Shown here piece by piece: positions 50,536-62,591 of a stretch of DNA of 64,000 nt. A program made the position numbers and the translations under genes. Source of the DNA: Chiloscyllium plagiosum (Eukaryota); assembly GCF_004010195.1 (NCBI RefSeq), contig NC_057719.1, positions 8,816,066 to 8,880,065 of the forward strand. The letters run 5' to 3'. The notes under the pieces are model-generated. The model had not been told where the DNA came from. It was given only the letters and a program-made list of their open reading frames with translations, and did not search any database. Within the stretch, counting starts at the first letter, position 1. Each line of letters opens with the position of its first letter.

Positions 50536-50619
50536 TCATTTTTTTGAGTATATATTTAAGGTGTGCTAATTTTAACTAACAAGCAGCAAACACAATATAA
50601 CCAAAAAAAGGAGGATACA

Positions 50620-50815
50620 GTAAATCAGAAACAAAAACTAAAATTGCTGGAAAAGCTCAGCAGGTCTGGCAGCATCTGTGGAGAGAAATCAGAGCTCATG
50701 TTTTGGATTCCTTCCTCAGAACCTCAGAGGAAAGGACACTCAACCCAAGCATTAGCTCTGATTTCTCTCCACAGGTGCTGCCAGACCTGCTGAGCTTTTC
50801 CAGCAATTGTGGTTT
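50620..50815. mobile_element. Fold-back PLE derivative family B, degenerate
   Basis: TTGCTGGAAAAGCTCAGCAGGTCTGGCAGCA inverted with TGCTGCCAGACCTGCTGAGCTTTTCCAGCAA. Confidence 0.75.
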
Positions 50816-51644
50816 GCTGCAATTTACACAGTTGGGTCACTCACGGGCTCTGTCTTCTTTTGGGGAGGAATTTGATATTTCGTTTCCTGTTGACTTTCCG
50901 AGCAATCTTCCCACTAAGGGAAGCTTGAAGAATGAAACACTGAACCGAAAAAGTCCACCTGGAGCTAATACCTCATTGAATGTTATTATTCACTCATTGG
51001 TTGTTGAACGAAGCAGCAAACACAATCAGGAATACAAATCTGAATTCTTCAGGGCCAGCTATGAGCTGGAACAATCTCGGTAAATCCTACTCCCTCATAG
51101 ACAAACCCCGGCATAATTCTGCCCTTGGGATATGGCTATACTTCCACATAGATTCTATCAATGCAAGTGAAGCAAAGACCATCATTTTAAAAGTCATTGT
51201 TGAAGGTATGCACAGCACCAAGCACTAAAACTGATTTGATTTTCTGACAGGGGTAAAAAAAAATTACTTCAGTGGAACAAGTAATAGAAGAATTTTCCTT
51301 TCAGCTGATATTTGACATTTCAATGCATAATCTATCTTGGACTCAAGAGACTGAGAGCTAATCATAGTCCATTAGAAGCATCCAGACATCAATATGTCGG
51401 TGTGTGTTATATTACTGTTCTAGCATTCACCCAAACCTTGCCAGTTTGCACCTTCCCAGGTCCTAGAGCTGTAGGTTTTAATTATATGGTCCACAGCTGA
51501 GGCTGAGCCTTTTGAGTTCATGGTTACTTTAAATAGTCATGTTGCTTCTCATTTCTTAATTTTACAGCAACCTTTCAGCCTTGAAAAAGCACAGCTGAGC
51601 CTCTAAAAGAATGTAAGCTCCAGAGAAATGGGCTCTGAGGGGTG

Positions 51645-51955
51645 TGGAGGCAATTGCCTTGCGGTATTGTCACTAGATTATTAACCCAAAGACCCAGGTA
51701 ACGTTCTGGGGACCAGGGTTCAAATCCCATCCTGGTAGAACGTGAATTCAATAAAAATTGGGAATTAAGATACTAATAATGACCATGCCACTATTGTCAA
51801 TCAGTGGGGGAAACCCCATCTGGTTCATTCATGTCCTTCAGGGAAGGAAACTATCATTCATACCTGGTCTGGCCTACATGTGACTCCAGACTGTGGTTCT
51901 CTTAACTGCCCTATGGACAGTAAATGCTGGTCTAGTCAGTGAATAAGTAAAAAAA
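51645..51955 (+). mobile_element. SINE family B
   Basis: GGTTCAAATCCC box B and GGCCTACATGTGACTCCAGAC core. Confidence 0.8.
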
Positions 51956-52424
51956 GAATCCATTGATAGCCATATGCCCTTAGTTGTTTGTCCAGACTCT
52001 AGGATTCCTGCCACAAACTTCTCCAGCTCACCCTCTCTTATCCCTTAAACCTCTGTCTGTTACCAATTTGGCTTTGGCGTTTGGGTACCTATCTTAAAAT
52101 GCACTGTGGCATTAAGTCTTGGCTGATAATTGCTTGCATGAAGTGCTTTGAGAAGGTTTACAGTGTTAAAGGTGCTACATAAAATGGGCTGTCATTGTAA
52201 TCAGTTACAACTGCCCTCACGTGTTGCCTCTGTTCTGTTCTCAACTAGACAGACATTCAGTTGCGATCAGTTTCACCTGAGGCTAAACATGTGGGCTCCA
52301 ATCCTATGCCCGGATTTAAGTATATACATTGGCACAGGCCCTGTGTGATGCAGTGGTTGTGCCCCTACCTCTGAGCCTGAATTTCAACCCTCAGACATAT
52401 GTGTAACATTGGCTAATAGTTCAA

Positions 52425-53370
52425 TCACAGAATCACAGAATTGTTCTGGTGTAGAAAGAGGCCATTCAGCCCATCATGCCAATTCCAGTTCTGTTCCTTA
52501 GTGTGAAACTCTTACCCTTTTCCCCACATCCCTACACACCATTTCTATTCAAATAATCATCAAAACCCTCTTGAATGCCACACCTGAACCTGCCTCCTAC
52601 ACATTTCCAGGCAGTGAACTCCATACGTACTCTGTTTGAAAAGATTTTACCTTACCCCACTTTGCTTTGCTTGGACATCACTTTAAGTCATTCTTTTACA
52701 AACACAAACAGCCTCTCCCTATTTACTCCAACCAGCCTACTCATGATTTTGAAAACCTCTATCCAATCACCTCTCAGCCTTCTTCTCTCAAAGGAGAATA
52801 GTCCCAATTTCTTCAATCCATCTTCATCCCTGAAATTTCTCATTCCTGGGACGATTCTGGTAAACCACCTCTGTACTCTCTCCAATGTATTCACATCTTT
52901 CCCACAACCTGGCATCAACAAACAGGCACAATATTCCAGGTCTAACAAGTGTCTGCTACAAATTCAACATCATCTCTTCTCCTTTGTATTCTGTGCCTCT
53001 ATTAGTATAGCCACTGAATGGTTTATTAACTGGTCTCTCACCAGATCTGCCATATCTGTGCATATATACACCCAGGTCACTCGGCTCCTGCACCCCATTA
53101 GAACTGTACCCACTTTTTTATATTGCCTTCCAGTGTTCTTCATATTAAGTGCATCAACTCACACTTCTCTGCACAACTTCTGCCACCTATCTGCCCACTC
53201 CACCAACTTGCCAATGTCCTTTTGGGAGTAGCACACTGTCCTCCTCACAGTCTACAATTCATCTACATTTGGTGTCATCTGCAAACTTTGAGCCTGCTCT
53301 CTGAACACCAACTTATTAATATTAACCAGGAAATGCAAAGGTCCCGAGAGTAATCCCTGGGGAACACCAT
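52425..53370 (-). mobile_element. CR1 LINE ORF2 fragment (another subfamily)
   Basis: LEYCA...LERVQRWFTRIVPG...RRRLRGDWIEVFKI; TTTGCAGATGACACCAAA (FADDTK). Confidence 0.85.
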
Positions 53371-54464
53371 TTCATTACTGTATTGCAGCGTTCCCTGTGA
53401 GCTACATTGTTGCATAACTGCTCAGAGACTCTGTGCATGCCATGCTAAGGTGGGTGCCATACACATTAACTTCTGGTGCATGGAATGCACAGTTGGGGGG
53501 GGGGGGGGATAGCTGCATTATCAGAGTCACGGACATCACCCCAAGTTCACCGTGACAGGTGGATGTACAAGGTTCATGAAAAGGGCAGGAATTTTTCTCA
53601 GCTTTTCAGTCAAATGTTCCTTTCTCAAGCAGGTACTGATGGAGGGATAAATGTTGGCCAGTCACTGTAAGCAATTTTTATGGGGATGTGAAATGCACGC
53701 AAAGAGTCTGTAATGTTTAGAATATGGAAGGAGCTCATTTGCCCATTGTGCTTCTGCCAGTTTCCAAGAGGGTGTTTAAACTAACCCCACTTTTCAGTCC
53801 TGTAGGTTAAGTGTCTTCAAGTGTATATCTAAGTACATCTTCTACATGTTGAAGTTTTCTGCCTTGACATTCTTTCCAGCACCACACTTTTCGACTCGGA
53901 TCTCCAGCATCTGCAGTCCTCACTTACTCTTTCAAGAAGCTCAAAAAAGGCTCAATACAAAAGGTATTCAATGCAAATATCTCTCTCCCCAACGATAAGC
54001 AACCTCCATACAAGTAACAGTCAAGTAGAGGCTTGATACAGTGCTGAAATACTGTCAGCGGGAACTGCTTTGCAACGAAAAAACTTGGAGAATGAAAATA
54101 TGGCTCATTTTGTCCTCGTGGATGACTCATTTTGACTGCCAATGTACTCATCAAATGTTTAGCACAAACGTAGTTGTGTAAAAGTTGACCTTTTGAACCA
54201 AAAGTTTCAAGCAATAAATTGGGGCATTATTGTTTTAATAATGCCGAGAAATTGAAATCCATGTCGGATATTTGGAACTACCGAGCCGCCAATGTTGACA
54301 CCTCATGCTGGTTGCTAGCCATGGTCCTGAATTCAACAGACCTCGGCTGCCTCCGATCTGATGTTTGAGAAGACCAATTTTGAACCAGATTCACTGGACT
54401 GTCCACAGTAATCCAGTACCCAAAACTAATACAAAGTACAAGAAAAATGAAGGACTTCTTGGGT

Positions 54465-56212
54465 GAAATGTCAGGGCAAGTCGTTGGAGGGAATCCTGAG
54501 GGGCAGGATTTACATGTATTTGGAAAGGGAAAGGCTGATTAGGGATAGTCAATATGGCTTGTGGGAAATCATGCCTCAGTAACTTGATTGAGTTTTTTGA
54601 AGAAGTAACAAAGAGGATTGATGAGGGCAGAGTGGACATAATCTTACACTTAATTAGATTACTTACAGCGTGGAAACAGGCCCTTTGGCCCACACCGACC
54701 CATATATTTACCCCTTCACCTAACACTACCGGCAATTTAGCTTGGCCAATTCACCTAACCTGCACTTTTTTGGACTGTGGGAGGAAACCGGAGCAAACCC
54801 ACGCAGACACGGGAAGAATGTGCAAATTCCACACGGTCGCCTGAGGCGGGAATTGAACCCGGGTCCCTAGCACTGGGAGGCAGCGGTGCTAACCACTGTG
54901 CCACCGTGCCGCCCATGCTGTCAGTAAGGCATTCAACCAGGATCCCCGTGGGAGATGGTTAGCAAGGTTAGATCTCATTTGTATACAGAACTGGCTCAAA
55001 GGTAGAAGACACAGGGTGGTAGTCAAGTGTTGCTTTTCAGACTGGAGGCCTGTGACCAGTGGAGTGCCACAAGGATCGGTGTTGGGCCCACTACTCTTCA
55101 TCATTTATATAAATGATTTGAATGTGAACATTGGAGGCATAGTTAGTAAGTTTGCAAATGGCACCAAAATTGGAGGTGTATGGACAGCAAAGAAGGTTAC
55201 CTCAGATTACAATGGGATTTTGATCAGATGGGCCAATGGGCTGAGGAGTGGCAGGTGGAGTTTAATTTAAATAAAGGCGAACTGCTGCATTTTGGAAAAG
55301 CAAATCTTAGCCGGACTTATACACTTAATGGTAAGATCCGAGCGAGTGTTCCTGAACAAAGAGACCTTGGAGTGCAGGTTCATAGCTCTTTGGAAGTAGA
55401 GTCGAAGATAGATAGGATAGTGAAGAAGGCGTTTGGTATGCTTTCCTTTATTGGTCAGAGTATTGAGTACAGGAGTTGGGAAGGATAGTGAAGAAGGCGT
55501 TTGGTATTATTTATTGGTCAGAGTATTGAGTACAGGAGTTGGGAGGTCACGTTGCAGTTGGTTAGGCCACTTTTGGAATATTGCATGTGGTTCTGTTCTC
55601 CTTCCTATGGGTGGGATGTTGTGAAACTTGAAAGGGTTCAGAAAAGATTTACAAGGATGTTACCAGGAGTGGAGGATTTGAGCTATAGGGAGAGGCTGAA
55701 CAGGCTGGGGTTGGTTTCCCTGGAGCATCGGAGGCTGAGGGGTGACCTTATGGAGGTTTACAAAATTATGAGGGGCATGGACAGGATAAATGGACAAAGT
55801 CTTTTCCCTGGGGTGGGGAAGTCCAGAACTAGAGTGCATAGGTTTAGGGTTAGAGAGGAAAGATATAAAATGGACCTAAGGGACAACTTTTTCATACAAG
55901 GGTGGTGTGTGTAAGGAATCTGATGAAGGTCTTTTACCCGAAACGTCGATTTTCCTGCTCCTCAGATGCTGCCTGACCTGCTGTGCTTTTCCAGCACCAC
56001 TCTAATCTAGACTCTCAATCATTTACTGGCTGCTTCTCTCAACACAGGTCTTGATCAAGAAATCTGTAGACATGAGTACAAGAGTGCAGAACAAATTATT
56101 CTCTCCTAGTTTTCTGCTCTCCCTCTGTAATGGGACTAGATTAGGTTAGGATATCTGGACGGGTTGGGTGGAAGGGTCTGTTTCCATGCTGTACATCTCT
56201 TTGACTCTCTGA
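54465..56212 (+). mobile_element. HER1 LINE RT region with nested HE1 (-, 54652-54914), internal duplication and templated insertion
   Basis: GKSCLSNLIEFFEEVT...VTSGVPQGSVLGPLLFIIYINDL...SKFANGTK...RLRGDLMEVYKI. Confidence 0.92.
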
Positions 56213-56302
56213 TTTAATTTATTCACAAGATTGATTATGACATGGGCCTGTACAGCGTGTTCCTATTCTTATCAATTAGCATTGAAACGCTGATAAACGA
56301 CT

Positions 56303-56405
56303 TGTTCTGAGGAAGGGGCACTGTACCCAAAATGTTAACTCTGATTTCTCTTCTCTGTCAGACCTGTTGAGCTTTTTCCTGCAATTTCTATTTTTGTTTC
56401 TGCCC
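56303..56405 (+). mobile_element. PLE derivative family B arm
   Basis: TTCTGAGGAAGGGGCACTGTACCCAAAATGTTAACTCTGATTTCTC. Confidence 0.65.
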
Positions 56406-56545
56406 TGTTCTAATAATTTTATGATAAAATGAAATTAGCATCTGGGCGGCTTATTGCAATCCGATGGGATTGGGCATGGGGAAATGAAAATGGACAAGTG
56501 GTTAAATGGAATTCAGACTCACACATCTTGCTCAATCATTACTGG

Positions 56546-56770
56546 GTGAAAGTGAGGACTGCAGATGCTGGAGGTCAGAGTCTAGATTAGAGTGGTGCTG
56601 GAAAAGCACAGCAGGCCAAGCAGCATCCAAGGAGCAGGAAAATCAACGTTTCAGACAAAAGCCCTTCATCAGGAATCTGATGAAGGTCTTTTACCCGAAA
56701 CGTCGATTTTCCTGCTCCTCAGATGCTGCCTGATCTGCTGTGCTTTTACATCATCACTCTAATCTAGACT
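56546..56770. mobile_element. Fold-back PLE derivative family A with two back-to-back hammerhead motifs
   Basis: ...CTTCATCAG-GAAT-CTGATGAAG... centre; flanking repeats CTCAATCAT(T)TACTGG at 56531 and 56771. Confidence 0.88.
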
Positions 56771-56940
56771 CTCAATCATTTACTGGCTGCTCCTCTCAAC
56801 ACAGATCTTGATCAAGAAATCTGTAGACATGAGTACAAGAGTGCAGAACAAATTATTCTCTCCTAGTTTTCTGCTCTCCCTCTGTCATATCGAGGAAGAG
56901 GCTTGGCTCAGTATGCTGTTGTGTTGATCTATAAACAATT

Positions 56941-57020
56941 GACAGATACATAGAGAGACAGACAGACAGAGAGACAGACAGACAGAGACAGACAGACAGA
57001 CAGAGACAGACAGACAGCAA
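56941..57020. repeat. (GACA/GAGA)n microsatellite
   Basis: Directly visible. Confidence 0.9.
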
Positions 57021-58139
57021 ACAGAAAGACTGCTCACAAATTAGTGTTGAACCTTGACGTTTTGACAGAGAACAATATGAAGACATCATTGCAGATCTTT
57101 TGAATGATAATAATTGCCAGAAACTTGAAAACCTGACCATAAGGGGTTTAGTTAAGGTACATTATGTTACCTGTAAGATGGTTTTCTTATTGTGAATTGA
57201 AGGCAGTATTTCAAAACAGGTTCAGGCACAAATATCATTTCATGAGTCGTCACTCTAATGGTGTAGCATTCAGTACCAATACCCTTCGTAGTGATAGCAA
57301 GTGCCACCAACTTTATGTAGGACCAGAGAACTCCTCTGCTGTTGACCCTCCAGCTGGGTCAGCACGTGTCAGCTGGATGCTCAATACAGTCAAAGGCTAT
57401 TCCACTAAATTCTTTTCCCGAGCTCCTCCCACTGTCCAGCTAGGCAAGAGTTGGCTTTCCTCACTTCATTATGACTATATTCAAATCAAGAGACTGTACA
57501 TCATCTCTAATTCGGTCTAATTCTTGCCCCTGTCCTTTAAACACCTCAGCCACAGTCCACATTCTAGACAGTAAGTCTTGAAAATGGCCCAACGTTTGTA
57601 AATTGACAGGATACAAAAGAACAGTCCTCCCCATAAGAGCCAATCTTGATTAAAATATTTCTTCTCTACTTTATTTGTCATTGCAAAGATGAGACAGTTT
57701 TTCAGGGAACAAAGATCCAAATACATACTATCCTATATTCTCTTTTCATTCTTTGTTTTCCTGAAGGCGATGAAATCAAGATCAATCACTTAGTCCAATT
57801 CAGTGTTCCTCAGGATCCTAAACTTTCGCCTCGCTCATTTTCTCTCCCTACAATCCACAGACTAATGAGATACAGATTCAACCATTTCTAACCATTCATC
57901 TTTGAATCACCCCATTTTCTGACTTAATCTTTCAGCCATAAAGGTGTTCAATACCACAGGCCACTGTCCTTCAGCTGGGGATATCCCTGCTAATGTCATA
58001 TTCATGAAAAAGGTTTGAGCTCCCCCCAGTTTCTATAATAATTATATTATTAAGCAAGTCTGAATATATCTGTGGGACACCTTTCAATGTCATGGGTTTT
58101 TATTGTATCATGTACTATACGGTACAGCATTAGCCTTCA

Positions 58140-58540
58140 CATAGAATAGAAGCTCTACAATTCAGAAAGAGACCATTCAGCCCATTGAATCTGAACCGAC
58201 CCTCTGAAGAGCATCTCACTCAAACCTAGCCCTGACCCTATACCCAAATCCCTGCATTTACCATGGCCAATCCACCTAACTTGCCCACCCCTGAACACTA
58301 CAGACAATTTGACATGGCCAATCCACCTAGCCTGCATATTCGTGGACACCATGGGCAACTTAGCACGGCCAATCCACCCTAACCTGTGCATCTTTTGCCC
58401 ATAGGAGGAAACTGGAGCACCCGGAGGAAACCCACACAGACACAGGGATAACATGCAAACTCCACACAGTCGCCTGAGGTTGGATATTGAACCTGTGTTC
58501 CTGGTGCTATGAGACAACAGTGCAAACCACTGAGTCACCT
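58140..58540 (-). mobile_element. HE1 SINE with internally triplicated segment
   Basis: Three CA(T/C)GGCCAATCCACC units at about 58262, 58312 and 58364. Confidence 0.85.
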
Positions 58541-58769
58541 GCCATCCTTTTCATAGGGATGACAATGTCTTCTTTTCTTTTTGACAATGGATTCCAGCTA
58601 ATACTGATCCTGACTCACCATACAGCATGGGTCCCTACAATAGTGTTCAGGAACAGGAACCTCAGCTCATTTTCACAGCTTCCCCAGCACTCCACCTCAC
58701 TGCCTTGCCCAGCCTGGGTTACTGATCCCAGTTATAAGGAGAAGAATGTTTGCCTTTCACTTTACTTTA

Positions 58770-59020
58770 CTTTACTTTACACCTCATGAAGAGTTCCTCT
58801 GAAGTGTAGTCAATGATGTATGATATACACACAGTGAGCTCCAACAAACCAGAATGTGATAAAGGACCAAATAATCTGCTTTTAAAGATGTTGAGGTAGG
58901 GATAAATATTGGCCAGGGCACTGGGAGACTTTCCCTTACCCTCCTTGAAACGCTTCAACAGGATTTTTCTGTCAATTGATGCAGCAGACAGGACCTTGGT
59001 TTACATCTCATTTGAAAGGT
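58770..59020 (-). mobile_element. SacSINE1/DeuSINE-like fragment
   Basis: GGGATAAATATTGGCCAGG and ATAATCTG motifs; related remnants at 15830-15990, 39650-39960 and 49540-49730. Confidence 0.65.
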
Positions 59021-59419
59021 ACCTTCATCCTGAAACATTAGCTCTGTTTCTCTCTGAGCTGCTGAGTATTTCCAGCATTTCCTGTTGCTGGTTTATATTT
59101 CCAGCATCTGCAAAATTATGCTGTGGTTCTGTTCTTGTGATTCAGGTGGATCATTGCACCGAATGAAGTAGACTTCAGCTGCTGCGGTTCTAATCTCAGA
59201 GTCACGGACATCGACAGCGCAGAGAAAAGGCCAGTCATCCATCCCATCCACACCGGTCAAAAACAGCCACCAAACTAATCTAATCCCAATTCCCAGCTCT
59301 TGGCCCAGTACTCACTGACTCTCAATGCGCTTGGATCCGTCTGTACCTGGACTTAGGAATCAGATCTTTTCCTTCAAATCCATCGACCCTTTTGTCAACA
59401 ACTTTCCTGCTGTGTCCTC

Positions 59420-59660
59420 CCCCAAACATACCACCCTTTGTGACATCTACAATCCCCCATTCCCAGTGTCCTGTACATCCCCAAACATACCACCCTCTGT
59501 GATATCTACACTCCCCCATTCCTGGTGTCCTATACATCCCCAAACATACCACCTTTTGTGATACTTACAATCCCCCATCCCTGGTGTCCTATACATCCCC
59601 AAACATACCACCTTTTGTGATACCTACATTGCCCCAGTTCTGATGTCTTGCACATCCCCA
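59420..59660. repeat. Minisatellite, 59 bp x 4
   Basis: CCCCAAACATACCACC at 59420, 59479, 59538 and 59597. Confidence 0.9.
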
Positions 59661-60439
59661 GTTGAACTGCTCATCCATTAATAGTCGTGCATCAGCTGTA
59701 TGGGCCCCAAGATCTGAAACCGTCTCCCTGAATCTCTCCACCTCCCCCTCTTTATGTTGCTCCAAATCATCTACCCATCTGACTCAGATTCCGAGCACTC
59801 TTATTCATATTTCCTTCTCTGGGTGTCAATTTTGTTCTGATTATGTTCTCCTATGAACCACCGTTTGCTATGTCACTGTATGACAGTAAATGGAATCTGT
59901 TGATGATGATATAAGATGTCTCCGAAACACTGCACTGTTCCTATGAGTTCTTCCAATGAGGATGAAATGAACCAAGGAGACTTTTATCTTGACCTTATTT
60001 GACTTCTTCCAAGCTCTACTCACTGATATCAGTTTCCATTCACACTCAAACAAACTGTCAAGCGAGATGGCTTTTGTACAGTGGGCTCATGTCAATTAAG
60101 AGTCTGGGGACCAGAGCACAAACCACCAATACTTCTCCTCTCTTCTGACCCTGAATCAGGGTTAGGTTACATAAATGAATTGTTAATGGTCGCTCAGCCC
60201 GAGCAGACAGAATTGTCATTCGGTCTGTTTTTGTGGCTTCTGAAGATCGACCAGAATGTTACTGTTGGCTACAATTTTACAGAGACACTCTTTAAACTTC
60301 ATAAAAGGCATGAACTACGGTGGATTGATTATTACTATTCATAAACCATGGACCCTAACTGCTTTGCATGGCATGGAAACACACTCTTTATGTGAGTAAT
60401 GACCAAGTCATCACCATGATGCATGTTACAGAGCTGTAC

Positions 60440-60725
60440 TTTCAAACCCATGACCCCTTCCATCTGGAAGGACAAGGATGGCAGGTACATGGGGACACCA
60501 CTCCCTGCAGGTTCCTCTCTCAACCACTCACCATCCTGACACGGAAATATATCGGTATTCCTTCACTGGCTCAAAATCCTGGTTCTTTCTCCCTCAGGGC
60601 ATTGCGGGTCAACCCACAGCACATGGACTGCAGCGGTTCAAGAAGGCAGCTCACCATCTTCTCAAGGCCCACAAGAGACAGGCAGTAAATACTTGTCCAG
60701 TCAGAGACAGCTGCATAGCATGAAC
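60440..60725 (+). mobile_element. CR1-like family 2 3' fragment
   Basis: HHPDTEIYRYSFTGSKSW...GLQRFKKAAHHLLK. Confidence 0.8.
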
Positions 60726-61023
60726 AAGTTCAAAAATCTATGAGGCAAAATCAAATCCTGATGCTTACAGTCTTCTTTCAAACAAAGTCCAATGCTTTCC
60801 CTCAAAGTGGAGTTGAGGCCACAATTCGATCTTAATCAATGGCACAGCAGGCTAGAAGGGTTGAATGGCCAACTCCTGCTCCTAATTTTTTAAATATTTA
60901 CACAAGCACAGAAATAATTCATTGACTCATTAGGTAGATTGAGTTCTACGCTCAAAAGATGTAAGAAGGCTTGAAGTTTGCAGCCTGCTAGGATGAGAGA
61001 GCCATGCAAATAGATGAGGCCAT

Positions 61024-62038
61024 TGTCATGTCAGGAGTCTGCAGACCCCACCTTTCTATTGCTCTGTATTTTTGATTGTGGACTGAAATGGCCAAAAAAG
61101 GATTGCTTTAAACCCAAGGATTGTGGAAATAATTGCTGCGCTCTTAAAAAACAAGTTGCTGGAGCTTGTTGTGTTTACACTGGTCTTTGTTGAGTTAGTG
61201 GGGGAGGAGAGTTAAGTCAGAAAGTGAGATTCAGCCAGCAACGTGTTGCAGATTGGTTTGTGCAATTGTTACCAATTGTGGATACCAGGGTCATAAGCCT
61301 AACAACAACTCTATTTCCTGCATAGCTGAACTGTGTGTGAAAATAGCACAGTGGCAGAATGCTTCCAGACTGGAAAAAGCAAGGACTGTCTCTACACCTC
61401 TGCAGCAGTCAGGCAGCATCTGAGGAGCAGGAAAATCGACATTTCAGGCCGGAGCCCTTCATCAGGAATGAGCAAGGCTCCTGTTGTGCTTCTCCAGCAA
61501 CACACTCTCAATTCTGATGTCCAGCACCTGCAGATCTCACTGTCTTCTACACCTCTGCAGCCAAGTCACTCAAGCCTAAAGACAGTCAGCCATTTTCTTC
61601 TACCATTTTTTGTAAGCTGTTACCTCTAACCAGCGACTGTAAAACTGGACAATGAACATGTAAACTCCCCGTGTGTTCAACAAAGAACTAAAAGAACCTG
61701 GCAGGAAGGAGAAAAAAAAATCTCATCCTATTGAACCCTGTGAACTGGTGCTATTGAACTGTGAATTCTCAGTACTGTTTCCTTTCACCATGACACCCTT
61801 TTTTTTGTTTGTATGTGTGTGTAGAGTTTTAATGAGAGTTATATGTTGCTAGTTAATAGCTCTGTTTACCTTTGGTGAGAGTTAGTTCACTCGTTATGTG
61901 AAGAACACTGGTTGAGTGTTAATCTGGGTTGATTAGACAAGAAAACTGGGCTCTTTCAATACTTCGATTAAAGCATTAACTTTTGTGGCAATCCCAGGAC
62001 TAAGAGGTTTGCAAAGCAGTGCACTCTGGGTCACGACA
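61024..62038. mobile_element. Probable solo LTR with nested PLE derivative (61407-61545)
   Basis: TGTCATG...CACGACA inverted termini, no clear target-site duplication. The nested element has a perfect 16-bp repeat TCTACACCTCTGCAGC. Confidence 0.45.
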
Positions 62039-62591
62039 GGAGTCACAAGTCATGGAGCACTTTAAAACAAAGCTGGGTGGGTGATTGGCCATCATTAACC
62101 ACAACTAAGGATCAGCTGGGTCCAGGAGCCAGGTTACGGTTTAATCACACTAACAGTTTCCAGCTCGCCTTTCACAGTTTCTGGCTCAAGAAATCTGAAT
62201 TAGTGAAAGCAGGTGCTGTGGTGATAGCTGGATGATTAGCTTGGATAAAGGTTTGCTGGGGATCACTGGAGAGCATTTTGACAGTAAGTAACATTGAGCC
62301 TATTACTGGAATCATTTTGCCTGTGCTTTCAGTAAACTTCAAATAAGTACCTGAATGATGCTGGTCAGCAGGATTATTACAAATGCAGTGGGCCAGATAA
62401 TCAGGAAAAAAGACAGCTCGAATTTATACTGCAGACTACTGCCTTGGTAATCCCCTGGAAAATAAGCCGCTGCAGCTTGAACATTATATTCTTTTATTAA
62501 TTGATTTTTGCGTTAGATGAAGTTTTTAAATGTTTTGTTCAATTCTTCTTATCCAAATCCTCACATCCTTAATTCCGCTTGCCTGTTTGTT

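Noticed and set aside
52575..53231. 218-aa ORF
   Set aside because: Antisense frame of a degraded CR1 fragment
59420..59660. CRISPR-like regular spacing
   Set aside because: The intervening segments are homologous to each other, so it is a simple minisatellite
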